IMG/VR virus record: IMGVR_UViG_3300022555_000003 | Coordinates: 128,001-192,000 of that record | DNA: 64,000 bases | Source of the DNA: a virus | Taxonomy: Duplodnaviria; Caudoviricetes | Strand: one strand, 5' to 3' | In this document: positions 26,483-36,046 of the stretch, in pieces | How the letters are laid out: each line of letters begins with the position of its first letter | How positions within the stretch are numbered: position 1 is the first letter of the stretch | Translations under genes and position numbers: made by a program | Notes under the pieces: generated by a model | Seen by the model: the letters and a program-made list of their open reading frames with translations, nothing else | Databases searched by the model: none | What the model was told of the DNA's origin: nothing

Positions 26483-27799
26483 TTATTTTGAATCGTACTC
26501 TACAGTAATTCCATGTGGAGCAACAAACCCAGGATTGCTATGGACAACGAAAACTGTTTCACAATATTCTTCTGGTCCAAAGCCATCAAAGGAATAACCA
26601 TCTGTCATCATAATGAAACGCTTAGGCTCAACACCATTTGCAATCATCCAATCCCAATTGCATTGAAAACTAGTGCCGCCACCGCCTTGTGGTTGATAAT
26701 CACCAATGTCATCTAAATTGTCACTAGTGAATACTTGTGGATTATAAACCTGGGTATCAAAGCACCAAATGTGGAGTTTATATGATGTGAACTGAGTCAT
26801 AATGCCTTTGACTTCACCCAAAAAATCCCTAATCATTGATTCAGAAATTGATCCGCTTAAATCAAGCGCAACAGCCACATCAACTTCTTGTTCAACTGTC
26901 ATACCAGGAAGAATAGCATCAACGTCCCAACCTTTTCTTGAAAGGACCATAAAGCTATAATCGCTCAATATTGTTGAATTCAAACTCTGTTGCAAAATTT
27001 CGCGCCAGTTCATTTTCGGTTCAGTGAGATCTTTAATCAAACGCTGAACACCAAGCGGAACATCACCTGCCTTGCATTGCTTGGCAGCATTCAACACTGC
27101 GTCGCGAATTTCATTTTTGATTTCTTTTAGTTCTTCTTTCGACAAGTAAGGCCGACCACTGCCGTCCTTTTTTCCATCACCTTTGTCATTGCCATCAGCA
27201 TCGCTGTCGCCTGAACCTTCATCTTCGCCCTTCATGTGTTCGTCTAAAAGCTGTCCAAACAAATCTGAAATGTCAATCTTTTGTGCATTTTTATAAAGAT
27301 CGTCGTACACTTCTTCTGCGCACATACCAACATACTTTTTGTCCAGCAAGCACGGAACCGAAGTGACCAACTCACCAATTTTGTTGTCAACCAAATCTTG
27401 ATTCACAACATAATCAGCAGCCACGTTGAATAACCGATGGTCGCGAAAATCAACACGTCCCATATGATCGTAGATGCAATGTAGGATTTCATGACCAAAA
27501 AGGAATTCAACTTCAGCTTGCCGAAGCTTCATGATAAATTCGTGATTGTAATAAAAATTTCGCCCGTCCGTTGCTGCGGTACTGCACCACGCATCAGCGG
27601 GTACCATCTTCAACCTGCATACTACGTTTCCAAAAAATGGCTTGTTGAACAACAACGAAACCCTTGACGAAATAAGCCTGTCTTTAACTTGACTTGCAAT
27701 GTTAGCTGGAATGGGCTTATCTGTAAGCTTTGCTTCTTGGTAAGCCTTGCCAGCTTTAGTTGTTTTTCCTACTGCGGTCGTTTTATTTGTTGTGCTCAT
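26483..27799 (-). CDS. metallopeptidase-like + VWA domain protein (DUF2201-type)
   Basis: TAATDGR, GHEILH, acidic linker, MIDAS DLSGS, GGGGTSF, MTDG. Confidence 0.85.
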   Translation of the reverse strand: MSTTNKTTAVGKTTKAGKAYQEAKLTDKPIPANIASQVKDRLISSRVSLLFNKPFFGNVVCRLKMVPADAWCSTAATDGRNFYYNHEFIMKLRQAEVEFLFGHEILHCIYDHMGRVDFRDHRLFNVAADYVVNQDLVDNKIGELVTSVPCLLDKKYVGMCAEEVYDDLYKNAQKIDISDLFGQLLDEHMKGEDEGSGDSDADGNDKGDGKKDGSGRPYLSKEELKEIKNEIRDAVLNAAKQCKAGDVPLGVQRLIKDLTEPKMNWREILQQSLNSTILSDYSFMVLSRKGWDVDAILPGMTVEQEVDVAVALDLSGSISESMIRDFLGEVKGIMTQFTSYKLHIWCFDTQVYNPQVFTSDNLDDIGDYQPQGGGGTSFQCNWDWMIANGVEPKRFIMMTDGYSFDGFGPEEYCETVFVVHSNPGFVAPHGITVEYDSK

Positions 27800-27814
27800 T
27801 ATGTTCCCTTACTT

Positions 27815-27967
27815 AACTAGTATAGCAAACCCACCCCACAAACGTCAACCTGTTCTAAACTCTTTGTTTTCAACAGCAAATTTGCTGTAAAACGCCGTAT
27901 AATGCATTCTTTGCCCGTACCTGGGGCTAATGTACTACTTGGGCCCAAAGAATTGCTTAAACGACGT
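27815..27967 (-). repeat. promoter-linked palindromic module, copy 4 (palindrome inverted)
   Basis: TTTGTTTTCAAC, AAAACGCCGTATAATGCATT ... AATTGCTTAAACGACGT. Confidence 0.75.
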
Positions 27968-27985
27968 CTGTTGTGTCTAAAATCA

Positions 27986-28019
27986 AAAATGGACAGCTAA
28001 ATTAATAGCTGTCCATTTT
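27986..28019 (-). terminator. hairpin terminator
   Basis: AAAATGGACAGCTA ... TAGCTGTCCATTTT. Confidence 0.75.
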
Positions 28020-28057
28020 AGGTAGCAGGGCCCGCACAACCAGGCCCCACAGGAGAC

Positions 28058-29176
28058 CTACTTATTGCTCACTGCCGCCAAAATATACTTGCCATACCGT
28101 GTATGGAACTCGGTGTACGACTTCATTTTCGAATACTTGAAAGGCAAGCTGTAATTCACAAGTGCCAACCGCGCACCCATAATCACCAACTCAGTATCAA
28201 AGTTATTCATCAGGAAGCTCAGGAAATTTTCGGACATTTCGTTGAACACCTTCTCAGCAACTTTATTTGTGACCGACGTCTTGAGTTCGTAGCAGAGCGA
28301 AATGATCAGCGAATACTTAGCTGAAATTTCTTTAGTTGCAAGCGTGGTCACCTTACCAGACAAAATATCTGTTGGGTTAGGAAGATCTTTTGCAAACTTG
28401 CGGTGCGCCATGAACTTTGACGAAATGCCTTCACCAACTGTACCAGTGACCAAATCGCGGAGCTCGTCATCCTGGATGTCGTTGTCGCCAATGAGCTCGC
28501 TAACGAAGCACCATGAGCGGGGGGTTGCAAATGCGTGACCTGAAGACTTAGGATCAAAATCAAACAAGTCATTCTTTGCGAATGTCAAGTATCCAATAAC
28601 ATCAGTGTTGATGTCGTTGTTTACAGCCCATGCAAACCACGCATCAAAATCATGCCGTACTTCCAAGTGTACAAACCTGTTTGCAAGCGGAGTGGGCATA
28701 CGATAAGTAACACCACGGTCACTTTCACGATTGCCAGCCGCAACAATCAACACGTTGTCAGGCAAAATATACTTGTTGACGCGTCGGCTCAGAACCAGCT
28801 GATATGCTGCCGCTTGAACAGCTGGTGCAGCTGATGTCAGCTCATCTAAAAACAAAACAACATACTTGTATTGCGCCGCAAACTCTGCGGTAGGAAGATC
28901 TACTGGCGGAGCCCAATCCATTTGGCCGGTTTCCTTATTGTAAAACGGAATACCAATGATGTCTGTTGGTTGGCGCGTACCAAGCCGGAAGTCAAGCATA
29001 ACGCTATCGCCCAATGCTTCAGTAATCTGTGCAATTGAATCAGACTTGCCAATTCCTGGTGCTCCCCAAAGGAAAATTGGTCGTTTCTTGCGCAGGCAGC
29101 GTAGAACTCGTGTCTTCGCTTCTGCAATCGTTACCGTCAAGTGCTCAGTCTGTTGTGTTGAATTTTTTACAGCCAT
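28058..29176 (-). CDS. MoxR-like AAA+ ATPase
   Basis: GAPGIGKS, LFLDEL, AAGNR, PLANRF, TPRSW. Confidence 0.9.
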   Translation of the reverse strand: MAVKNSTQQTEHLTVTIAEAKTRVLRCLRKKRPIFLWGAPGIGKSDSIAQITEALGDSVMLDFRLGTRQPTDIIGIPFYNKETGQMDWAPPVDLPTAEFAAQYKYVVLFLDELTSAAPAVQAAAYQLVLSRRVNKYILPDNVLIVAAGNRESDRGVTYRMPTPLANRFVHLEVRHDFDAWFAWAVNNDINTDVIGYLTFAKNDLFDFDPKSSGHAFATPRSWCFVSELIGDNDIQDDELRDLVTGTVGEGISSKFMAHRKFAKDLPNPTDILSGKVTTLATKEISAKYSLIISLCYELKTSVTNKVAEKVFNEMSENFLSFLMNNFDTELVIMGARLALVNYSLPFKYSKMKSYTEFHTRYGKYILAAVSNK

Positions 29177-29204
29177 TTGTGTTTTTAATCTCCTGTTTAT
29201 TTTG

Positions 29205-29316
29205 CTACTCTTTAAGTATAGCAGTTAAGCGGTTAAGTGTCAACCAGTTCGTTTTTTCTTCTGTTGCGCTTTCTACTACTCTTTAAGTATAGCAGTTTGA
29301 GCAACAAAATGTCAAC
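29205..29316 (-). promoter_or_regulatory. tandem class I promoters
   Basis: two TTGACA/TATACT-TAAAGAGTAG promoters; the distal one is identical over 40 bp to 9681-9720. Confidence 0.85.
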
Positions 29317-29403
29317 AAACTAGTAAAATAAAAATCTGTTTGTTTTCAACAACTTGCAAATTATCTAAAATTTTAAATAATTTTATCAAAAATGCTTGAC
29401 ATT

Positions 29404-29739
29404 TTAGATTTTCAACGATTCTGGAAAACGCATTTTCATTCCTTCTCCAGGAAGTGTACGACCATCATAATCCAAATCAATAACTATTGCCCCACACTTG
29501 GTGCACCATCGCGTAACATAATCTCCATTACGAGTGTGGTCAAAGCTGATTTCTTCTAAACATTCATCATCACAAAATTCAGTGTGGGTCATAATTATTT
29601 CACCCAAATCCAAGATGCTACATACCATAATAATATTAGAAAAAAATCCATCAATTCTGAGATCATGACATGATGAGAATTTAAAATATGAATAGTAGTA
29701 AAATACCCCATAAGCGAAAGTAATGTAACGCCAATACAT
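29404..29739 (-). CDS. hypothetical protein
   Basis: C-terminal half RWCTKCG; true start probably internal (MTHTEF). Confidence 0.45.
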   Translation of the reverse strand: MYWRYITFAYGVFYYYSYFKFSSCHDLRIDGFFSNIIMVCSILDLGEIIMTHTEFCDDECLEEISFDHTRNGDYVTRWCTKCGAIVIDLDYDGRTLPGEGMKMRFPESLKI

Positions 29740-29748
29740 CGTTTAAAA

Positions 29749-30126
29749 CTAATCATCAATTAAATCCTCTCCTTTCAAATTATGTAGGAATATTTTCCTA
29801 GAGCATCTACCTGTTTCTCGGATTGATTTCCAATCTCTGTCGAAGAAATACAAATCCTTCATTTTCCTGTCTGCAATTTTATTTTTAACAAGAATAGTTA
29901 ACGCAAGTTCTTCTTTTTTGGTTAACGGCTTGTGGTTAAACAATGCAAGAGAATAGTCAAATGATCTGATTTCATAATTTCTTGCTACGCCATTGTACTC
30001 AAACCAACATTGTTTGTTGAGTCGATAATAACCGTCTCGATTAAATATTGGTGTTCTAATCTCTGGAGCACATTCGTGTCCATCATACTTCATCCAATTT
30101 TCTAATGGCAATACTTTAATGTTCAT
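29749..30126 (-). CDS. hypothetical protein
   Basis: 125 aa ORF. Confidence 0.55.
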   Translation of the reverse strand: MNIKVLPLENWMKYDGHECAPEIRTPIFNRDGYYRLNKQCWFEYNGVARNYEIRSFDYSLALFNHKPLTKKEELALTILVKNKIADRKMKDLYFFDRDWKSIRETGRCSRKIFLHNLKGEDLIDD

Positions 30127-30246
30127 AAAAATAAATAAGAACTAATAACCCAACTGCAACTATACTAATACCAATAATCAATTCAAAAAGATGTTTTTTA
30201 TTGATATTAAAAAATGTTAGTATATTCTTCTTCAAAGTTTCACTAT

Positions 30247-30570
30247 TCATGGTAATTTTATTGCGCCCAATGCAATATCAATACGAAACGAAGTAATATC
30301 TCCTTCATACTTTGGTAAAACTACTTCATCTTCGCGATATACTGTACAAAAAGATGAAGATACCTTGTCTGACGAACACAATCTGATAAACGCTCTAACC
30401 CGATATATTTTTTCATTTGTAAAAACAAGATACCCATTTTCTCCAGGATTAGTAGGAACAGATCTAAGGAGGGCTTCTTCTTCATCTTCTAACTTTATAA
30501 TTTCATCAGTTAGATTACGCTGGAGTTCTACAATTTTATTCTTGCGTGATTTGTACTCGTCAAGTGTCAT
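30247..30570 (-). CDS. hypothetical protein
   Basis: 107 aa ORF. Confidence 0.6.
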   Translation of the reverse strand: MTLDEYKSRKNKIVELQRNLTDEIIKLEDEEEALLRSVPTNPGENGYLVFTNEKIYRVRAFIRLCSSDKVSSSFCTVYREDEVVLPKYEGDITSFRIDIALGAIKLP

Positions 30571-30571
30571 T

Positions 30572-30742
30572 TTATGCTAGAGTTACTTCCTCATTGAAAT
30601 CGTCAACAATTCCATTGAACCACAGCCGATTATTTTCAAGCATGGATTCCGAAAAACGAGAATCGTCAGAATCAAGCTTATTAAGCAGGTTCAAATATTC
30701 GTCAGTATCAAATTCTTCAACTTTAAGTCGTTCAACAGTCAT
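30572..30742 (-). CDS. small acidic protein (not in ORF track)
   Basis: MTVERLKVEEFDTDEY...; 56 aa with TAAGGA SD behind class I promoter. Confidence 0.6.
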   Translation of the reverse strand: MTVERLKVEEFDTDEYLNLLNKLDSDDSRFSESMLENNRLWFNGIVDDFNEEVTLA

Positions 30743-30839
30743 TGTATTATTCCTTATTTGCTACTCTTTAAGTATAGCAGTTTGGTTGGTAAGAAGTCAA
30801 CCAATTGTTATTGGAACCAAACACTTATATGAGCCTTCT

Positions 30840-31043
30840 TCACCTACAGGCCGGCCGAGCGCAACATATGCCCAAGATGCTGCGAGTTGAGCGTGCATTG
30901 CAGCATATCTGCTCACGTCTTGCCAGGGGGTCTGTTTTTCCGAGCGTCTTCAATTCCATAATTGCAGTTTCGCCATATGCTTCTGCATATTTAGCAGCAA
31001 ACGGAATATCTTTAATATTGCAAACTTTTTTTGGTTTCTTCAC
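30840..31043 (-). CDS. small Cys-rich protein
   Basis: 67 aa, ICC...ICCARPAC; directly behind class I promoter. Confidence 0.55.
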   Translation of the reverse strand: MKKPKKVCNIKDIPFAAKYAEAYGETAIMELKTLGKTDPLARREQICCNARSTRSILGICCARPACR

Positions 31044-31082
31044 TCTTTAAGTATAGCAGTTTGATTGCTAGGTGTCAACCAA

Positions 31083-31370
31083 CTATTTAATTTTGGATAA
31101 TGTTCCCATAATGAACCAATTTCCTTGGGAGTTTAGACACACAATTTTCTGCTCATTTTCAATTTTGATAATCTTGCAAGAATCAACAATTGGTTGATTA
31201 TCCACAATAATTACAGGTTGAGGTGATCTAACTATCTCAACACCATAATATGGCCAGTAATAAATGTTTACTCTGGGAGTGGGATAATATCTTGAATGCC
31301 AACCATTGTGCCTAGGACTAGCAAATGCAAATGTAGCACTAACTAATAGTAATAAAATTGCTTTTTTCAT
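31083..31370 (-). CDS. small secreted protein
   Basis: signal peptide MKKAILLLLVSATFAFA; GGAG SD. Confidence 0.65.
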   Translation of the reverse strand: MKKAILLLLVSATFAFASPRHNGWHSRYYPTPRVNIYYWPYYGVEIVRSPQPVIIVDNQPIVDSCKIIKIENEQKIVCLNSQGNWFIMGTLSKIK

Positions 31371-31592
31371 GTATATTCTCCTTGAAAATTATTTATCATC
31401 TTGAATATGTTTATGAGGTAATCGATATCCACTGCAATAGTTGCACCATGCAGCTCCAACAATTTGATATTTTGCAAACATCACAGTCGCTTGAGCATAA
31501 TCCATCCAAGAAAGCATCCATAAAAAATCATTTTCAGTAATCGTAATCATGTTTAAGTATAGCAGATTGATTAAACGAATGTCAAATATAAT

Positions 31593-31976
31593 TTACATAT
31601 GTCCTAAGCCAGCGTTTTTATAGGCATTTAAGAAGATTTTTTTAGTATTATTGAATTCAATTGGTTTCAATTCTTTTGGAACAGTTTCCCCTGCAATTCT
31701 CCATGCATCGCGTTCAGTATGATTATGTAATCCTACTCTGTACGTTGCAATGTAATGACCAAACTCATGCAATAAAACAGATGCAACTTCACTTGCTTGA
31801 GAATCAGTATTGGTACAATAAATTACAATATTATTACCATCACACCAACCATTTGATAGTGGGTCTTTTCGATTTGGCTTCCTAATTATTTTAACTGAAA
31901 TTTTCAAGCCACGAATAAATTTAATAATTTCTTGCAATTTTTGTTGTTCAGACATATACATATTTATCAACACCAT
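31593..31976 (-). CDS. zincin-like metallopeptidase
   Basis: LLHEFGH and TERDAW; GATAAATA upstream. Confidence 0.7.
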   Translation of the reverse strand: MVLINMYMSEQQKLQEIIKFIRGLKISVKIIRKPNRKDPLSNGWCDGNNIVIYCTNTDSQASEVASVLLHEFGHYIATYRVGLHNHTERDAWRIAGETVPKELKPIEFNNTKKIFLNAYKNAGLGHM

Positions 31977-32188
31977 CTCAATACAAACGCTAACTTATCT
32001 TGTTCATTTTCAAAAGTTAATTCAGCATGACCTAATGCATCCCATTTAAATTTAAAATCACACACTATACTATTCTCATTTAGCCACGCTTTAACTTCTT
32101 TGGTTAATACAGCTTTTAATATGAATTTACCAATATTAGGTTCGATGTCTATAATACCATCATAATATTCAATTTCTAAATTAGACAT
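31967..32188 (-). CDS. paralog array member 5 (ELTFEN...LRW family)
   Basis: GHAELTFENEQDKLAFVLRWC. Confidence 0.75.
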   Translation of the reverse strand: MSNLEIEYYDGIIDIEPNIGKFILKAVLTKEVKAWLNENSIVCDFKFKWDALGHAELTFENEQDKLAFVLRWC

Positions 32189-32433
32189 TACATCCATCTT
32201 AAAATAAACAATATTTTATCTTGTTCATTTTCAAAAGTTAATTCAGCGTTTCCAACGCTTGTCTCTTGATTAGCATGTGCCCAATTAAATTGAAAATGAC
32301 ATTTTATTTTATGTTGAGATAACCAATCTTTAACTTCTTTTGTTAAACCAGCTTCTAATATATCAGTATTGAAGTTAAGATTGATGGTTATAATATCTTC
32401 TGAATAGTCAATTTCTAAAACATTATCTAGCAT
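32188..32433 (-). CDS. paralog array member 4
   Basis: GNAELTFENEQDKILFILRWM; TAATG overlap. Confidence 0.75.
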   Translation of the reverse strand: MLDNVLEIDYSEDIITINLNFNTDILEAGLTKEVKDWLSQHKIKCHFQFNWAHANQETSVGNAELTFENEQDKILFILRWM

Positions 32434-32681
32434 TATATCCACCTCAACACAAATGTTGATATATCTTGTTCATTTTCAAACGTTAGTTCTGAATGAAAAG
32501 GACCAAATTCAAATTGATTGCTTTTTGGATGCCAGATGGTTATAAATTTGTAATTAATATTTTCATCAACTAGCCAATCCTTAACTGAAGAAGTTAAGGA
32601 AATATCTAACTTATCTCTATCACCAGCTGGAATACATAATGCTAATAAATCACTGCTATAGTTGAGTACTAATATATTCAT
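32433..32681 (-). CDS. paralog array member 3
   Basis: HSELTFENEQDISTFVLRWI; TAATG overlap. Confidence 0.75.
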   Translation of the reverse strand: MNILVLNYSSDLLALCIPAGDRDKLDISLTSSVKDWLVDENINYKFITIWHPKSNQFEFGPFHSELTFENEQDISTFVLRWI

Positions 32682-32947
32682 TACATCCATCGCAATATAA
32701 ACGCAGACATATCTTGATTATTTTCAAAAGTTAATTCAGCATGGCCAGGACCAGGACCAAGTCTGTATGGAAAATTTTCTCTGTGCCAAGTAAATTGATA
32801 TTCATACATAATATTATTTTCAACTAACCATTCTTCGACTTCATCAGATAAAATAACATCTGTGTTTTCATTTACGAAATTGTAGGGAACAGCTATGAGA
32901 TCTAACAAGTTACTATCATAATTAATTTCTAATGTGTTATTTTCCAT
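32681..32947 (-). CDS. paralog array member 2
   Basis: GHAELTFENNQDMSAFILRWM; TAATG overlap. Confidence 0.75.
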   Translation of the reverse strand: MENNTLEINYDSNLLDLIAVPYNFVNENTDVILSDEVEEWLVENNIMYEYQFTWHRENFPYRLGPGPGHAELTFENNQDMSAFILRWM

Positions 32948-33258
32948 TACATCCATCGCAATATAAACGCAGACATATCTTGGTTGTTTTCGAAAACCAA
33001 CTCGCCGTGTCCTGGCCAAAGTTCGTATGGAGAACTATTTGGATTATATATCATTTTAAAATTACAGTCAGTTAACCAATTTCTTATAGCACAATTTAAT
33101 TTGATTACATATGCATTTTCATTTTTTAAATCTATATGTATATCAAATAAATCAATATTAAAAAAAATTTCTAAAGTGTTATTATGTACCGTGCGGAGAA
33201 CTTTCTTTAAAACCACTGTTTGATACCTGAACAAAATCTGCGTTTCGTCTGAGTTCAC
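32947..33258 (-). CDS. paralog array member 1 (start uncertain)
   Basis: GHGELVFENNQDMSAFILRWM; homology begins at about 33185 with no ATG there. Confidence 0.6.
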   Translation of the reverse strand: MNSDETQILFRYQTVVLKKVLRTVHNNTLEIFFNIDLFDIHIDLKNENAYVIKLNCAIRNWLTDCNFKMIYNPNSSPYELWPGHGELVFENNQDMSAFILRWM

Positions 33259-34207
33259 TTAAATTCTTAGCCCCACAATATGATAATCCCGATCTAACTC
33301 CTTCAACTAGTTGTCCAACAATTGTTTTAACATGTCCTTTATATGGAACTAGTGTTTCTTCACCTTCAACATATCTTGCTCTGCCAACTACTTCAAATTT
33401 TTGTCCGTATGATGCTGACCCACGATATACTTTGTATAAAGATCCTTTGTGCTTGATTACATTACCGGGGGCTTCTTTTGTTCCAGCTAACAAACTACCA
33501 AGCATAACAGCATCGGCGCCTGCTGCTAAAGCTTTAACAATGTCACCAGAATTTTTAATTCCACCATCAGCTATGATATTTATATCGTCACATCTACCTT
33601 TAATATCTACAATACTTTGGAAAGTCGGAAGACCACAACCAGTAACTACTCTTGTAGTACAAGCCGATCCGCCACCAATTCCGACTTTAAATGCTATATG
33701 AGAAGTATTACAATTTATCTTCTCATACAATCTCCATACTGCATCAGCAGTTGCATAATTTCCAATTATTAATGGAATATCTCCAAACTGATCTCTAATT
33801 TGTAATACAGCGTCAATAACTGTTGGTGAATCAGCATGAGCAACGTCAATACAAACTCCTGAAATATTGTTACCGACAACACTATTAAAAAGATATTTCA
33901 ATCTTGTAATGCCAAGAGAAGATCCTTCTATTGAGATCCAAACATCATATAGGCTTTTATTTAGAATAGACTCTTGTTCTTCAGGATTCATCATACGATG
34001 TAATATTCCAAATCCTCCTAATTCATACATTGCATTTAACATATCAGATTCTGTTACTGCTGACATATTAGCAGAAATAATTGGAATCTTATATGTCAAG
34101 CCACAAATTTGTGTACTTAAATCTGCTTCGTCTCTACTTCCACCAAATGTTTGTTTTGGAGTAAGTAACACATCGTCAAAACACAATGCCTGCTTAATAA
34201 TTTTCAT
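33182..34207 (-). CDS. IMP dehydrogenase/GMP reductase family (no CBS domain)
   Basis: FDDVLLTP, ISANM, DVAH, KVGIGGGSACTTR, ADGGI, VMLGSLLAG, SGLSYCGA. Confidence 0.92.
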   Translation of the reverse strand: MKIIKQALCFDDVLLTPKQTFGGSRDEADLSTQICGLTYKIPIISANMSAVTESDMLNAMYELGGFGILHRMMNPEEQESILNKSLYDVWISIEGSSLGITRLKYLFNSVVGNNISGVCIDVAHADSPTVIDAVLQIRDQFGDIPLIIGNYATADAVWRLYEKINCNTSHIAFKVGIGGGSACTTRVVTGCGLPTFQSIVDIKGRCDDINIIADGGIKNSGDIVKALAAGADAVMLGSLLAGTKEAPGNVIKHKGSLYKVYRGSASYGQKFEVVGRARYVEGEETLVPYKGHVKTIVGQLVEGVRSGLSYCGAKNLSELRRNADFVQVSNSGFKESSPHGT

Positions 34208-34932
34208 ACTTTTTCTATTATTATATCTCCTGTTGTAGTTTCAAGTAAAGCTACATGCTTCAGATTTGTATCGAGATTTAAATTCTTCCCATTATACATA
34301 GGCTCATCGATAATTGTGTGACCAACCACTTGATTAATTCCTTTTACATCTTTGAATTCTTCACGCCAATCTTGCCAAGTAATTCCACCATGCTTGTTAA
34401 ATCCCCATCTTGCCTGGCCTGCCATTAACAATGGATCTTTTACGTTGTTTGTAAATTTGAATGAAATATCTCTATTCAACGTTTCAAAATATGTTGGACT
34501 TAATTTTGCATATGGCTGTATAAAAGATGGATGAATTCCAGCATGAGAAAATACTATTAACTTATCATCAAATTTTTCAGCATGAACAAATTTAAGATTT
34601 TCATCTAACCAAGTAGATCCAAGAATTTTTGTTACTATGTGATGTTTATTTCTATCATACCCACTGCAACCATATCTATTGAATAAATCAAAATATTGTA
34701 CATCATGATTGCCAGTTAACATAATATTTTTAGGATCAGTTGCTAGTTCCTTTAGATAATAACAAAACTTTTCGTGATGTTCATACATTTGATTATATTC
34801 AAAACTATCAAGATAATCACCTAAAAAAATTCGCTTATCTACATGAGGATACTTATCAATAATATCTTGAACTTCATATAGTTTTTCGTGTATATCTGGT
34901 ATAATTAAATATTCCATATTGATAACTCCCAT
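34204..34932 (-). CDS. calcineurin-like metallophosphoesterase
   Basis: PDIH, LGDYLD, GNHD, SHAG, VGHT. Confidence 0.88.
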   Translation of the reverse strand: MGVINMEYLIIPDIHEKLYEVQDIIDKYPHVDKRIFLGDYLDSFEYNQMYEHHEKFCYYLKELATDPKNIMLTGNHDVQYFDLFNRYGCSGYDRNKHHIVTKILGSTWLDENLKFVHAEKFDDKLIVFSHAGIHPSFIQPYAKLSPTYFETLNRDISFKFTNNVKDPLLMAGQARWGFNKHGGITWQDWREEFKDVKGINQVVGHTIIDEPMYNGKNLNLDTNLKHVALLETTTGDIIIEKV

Positions 34933-35363
34933 GCATCTAAAAATTTATTTAGCTTCCCACCACACATTGCCATACAAACAGATTCTTCTTGACCTAATAC
35001 CCAAAATTCATCAATGAAATCATATACAACATTACAATACCAAGGACTTTTTAATTTGTCTAAAGATAATATCACTCGGCCTGTATATAACGTGTTAACT
35101 TGAAATGGTTTCACCCTAAGTTCATCTGGGGTATTTTTAAAAAACTGTTCATACCCCAAACTAGTTAATCTAAACGATTTAGTTGATGAGTGCTTCCACC
35201 ATAATTTATTAGCTTCTTTAAGTGTTTTTGGTGAATAAGCAACTACAACAGTTGTATTTTTTATATCAAAATACTGTTTAGTAATTTCATCGCGGTTCAT
35301 ATTTAGACACTTGTTCGATAGTTGGACAATTTTTCTTTTCCATATATGGACCAACATATCCAT
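34905..35363 (-). CDS. conserved phage hypothetical protein
   Basis: FRLTSLG...LDKLKSPWY; true start probably internal. Confidence 0.6.
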   Translation of the reverse strand: MDMLVHIWKRKIVQLSNKCLNMNRDEITKQYFDIKNTTVVVAYSPKTLKEANKLWWKHSSTKSFRLTSLGYEQFFKNTPDELRVKPFQVNTLYTGRVILSLDKLKSPWYCNVVYDFIDEFWVLGQEESVCMAMCGGKLNKFLDAWELSIWNI

Positions 35364-35754
35364 ACTTATCTAGTGTTATCCGTTTTGGGCAGAACATATA
35401 AATCCAACCCTTCTTGCCATAATTTACAACATAGAATCCAGCTGCCCGCTTTGATTTAGAATTGGTTTCTGTTGTGTATAGTGGTAATCGCCTACAAACA
35501 TCAAACTCTCTATTGTATGGAAAAGTTTTTGTTGGATAACCAAATACATCATTCTTATTATCAATATTAATTTTAAATCTCTGCCAGTCTATTTCGTATG
35601 TTTTTTCAACAGACGATAAATCCTTAAATTTTTCAAGTAATTTACCTCTGTTAAACTCAACTCCATGTTGCTTAACATTTATATTTCCAATCTTCTTTTC
35701 ATTTTGTAAAATAATCCAAAAATCGTCTGAAATATTTTTAGCTGTTAATTTCAT
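35287..35754 (-). CDS. conserved phage hypothetical protein
   Basis: LPLYT...SK..AGFY...GW..MFCPK.ITL..Y.Y.GP. Confidence 0.7.
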   Translation of the reverse strand: MKLTAKNISDDFWIILQNEKKIGNINVKQHGVEFNRGKLLEKFKDLSSVEKTYEIDWQRFKINIDNKNDVFGYPTKTFPYNREFDVCRRLPLYTTETNSKSKRAAGFYVVNYGKKGWIYMFCPKRITLDKYGYVGPYMEKKNCPTIEQVSKYEPR

Positions 35755-36046
35755 CTATAACCCTTTTATCATTAAAGACAACAACTTCTTCAATCTGTTC
35801 TAATATAGCTTTATCTACGATTCCAACTTTCACATTATTTAGCACAATAATAACTGCTAGATACTTAGCATACAACTCAAGATAATTATTGTATTCTATT
35901 TCATTCCTAATAGATTTTCCAGCAAAAAATGATAGCGTCATTAATATTATCAATGGGACCGCAATAACAAAATATGTATATGTCAAATAAATCTCCTTAC
36001 TTGCATTGACCTGAAAGGATCCGACCAAATTCAGATGCCTGGTCAC
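35738..36046 (-). CDS. small membrane protein
   Basis: hydrophobic segments; start uncertain. Confidence 0.4.
   Translation of the reverse strand: MTRHLNLVGSFQVNASKEIYLTYTYFVIAVPLIILMTLSFFAGKSIRNEIEYNNYLELYAKYLAVIIVLNNVKVGIVDKAILEQIEEVVVFNDKRVIDEINS

Noticed and set aside
32681-33020. Diversity-generating retroelement template/variable repeat pair
   Set aside because: Differences between the duplicated 3' ends are mostly synonymous and not adenine-specific; no reverse transcriptase in the window.
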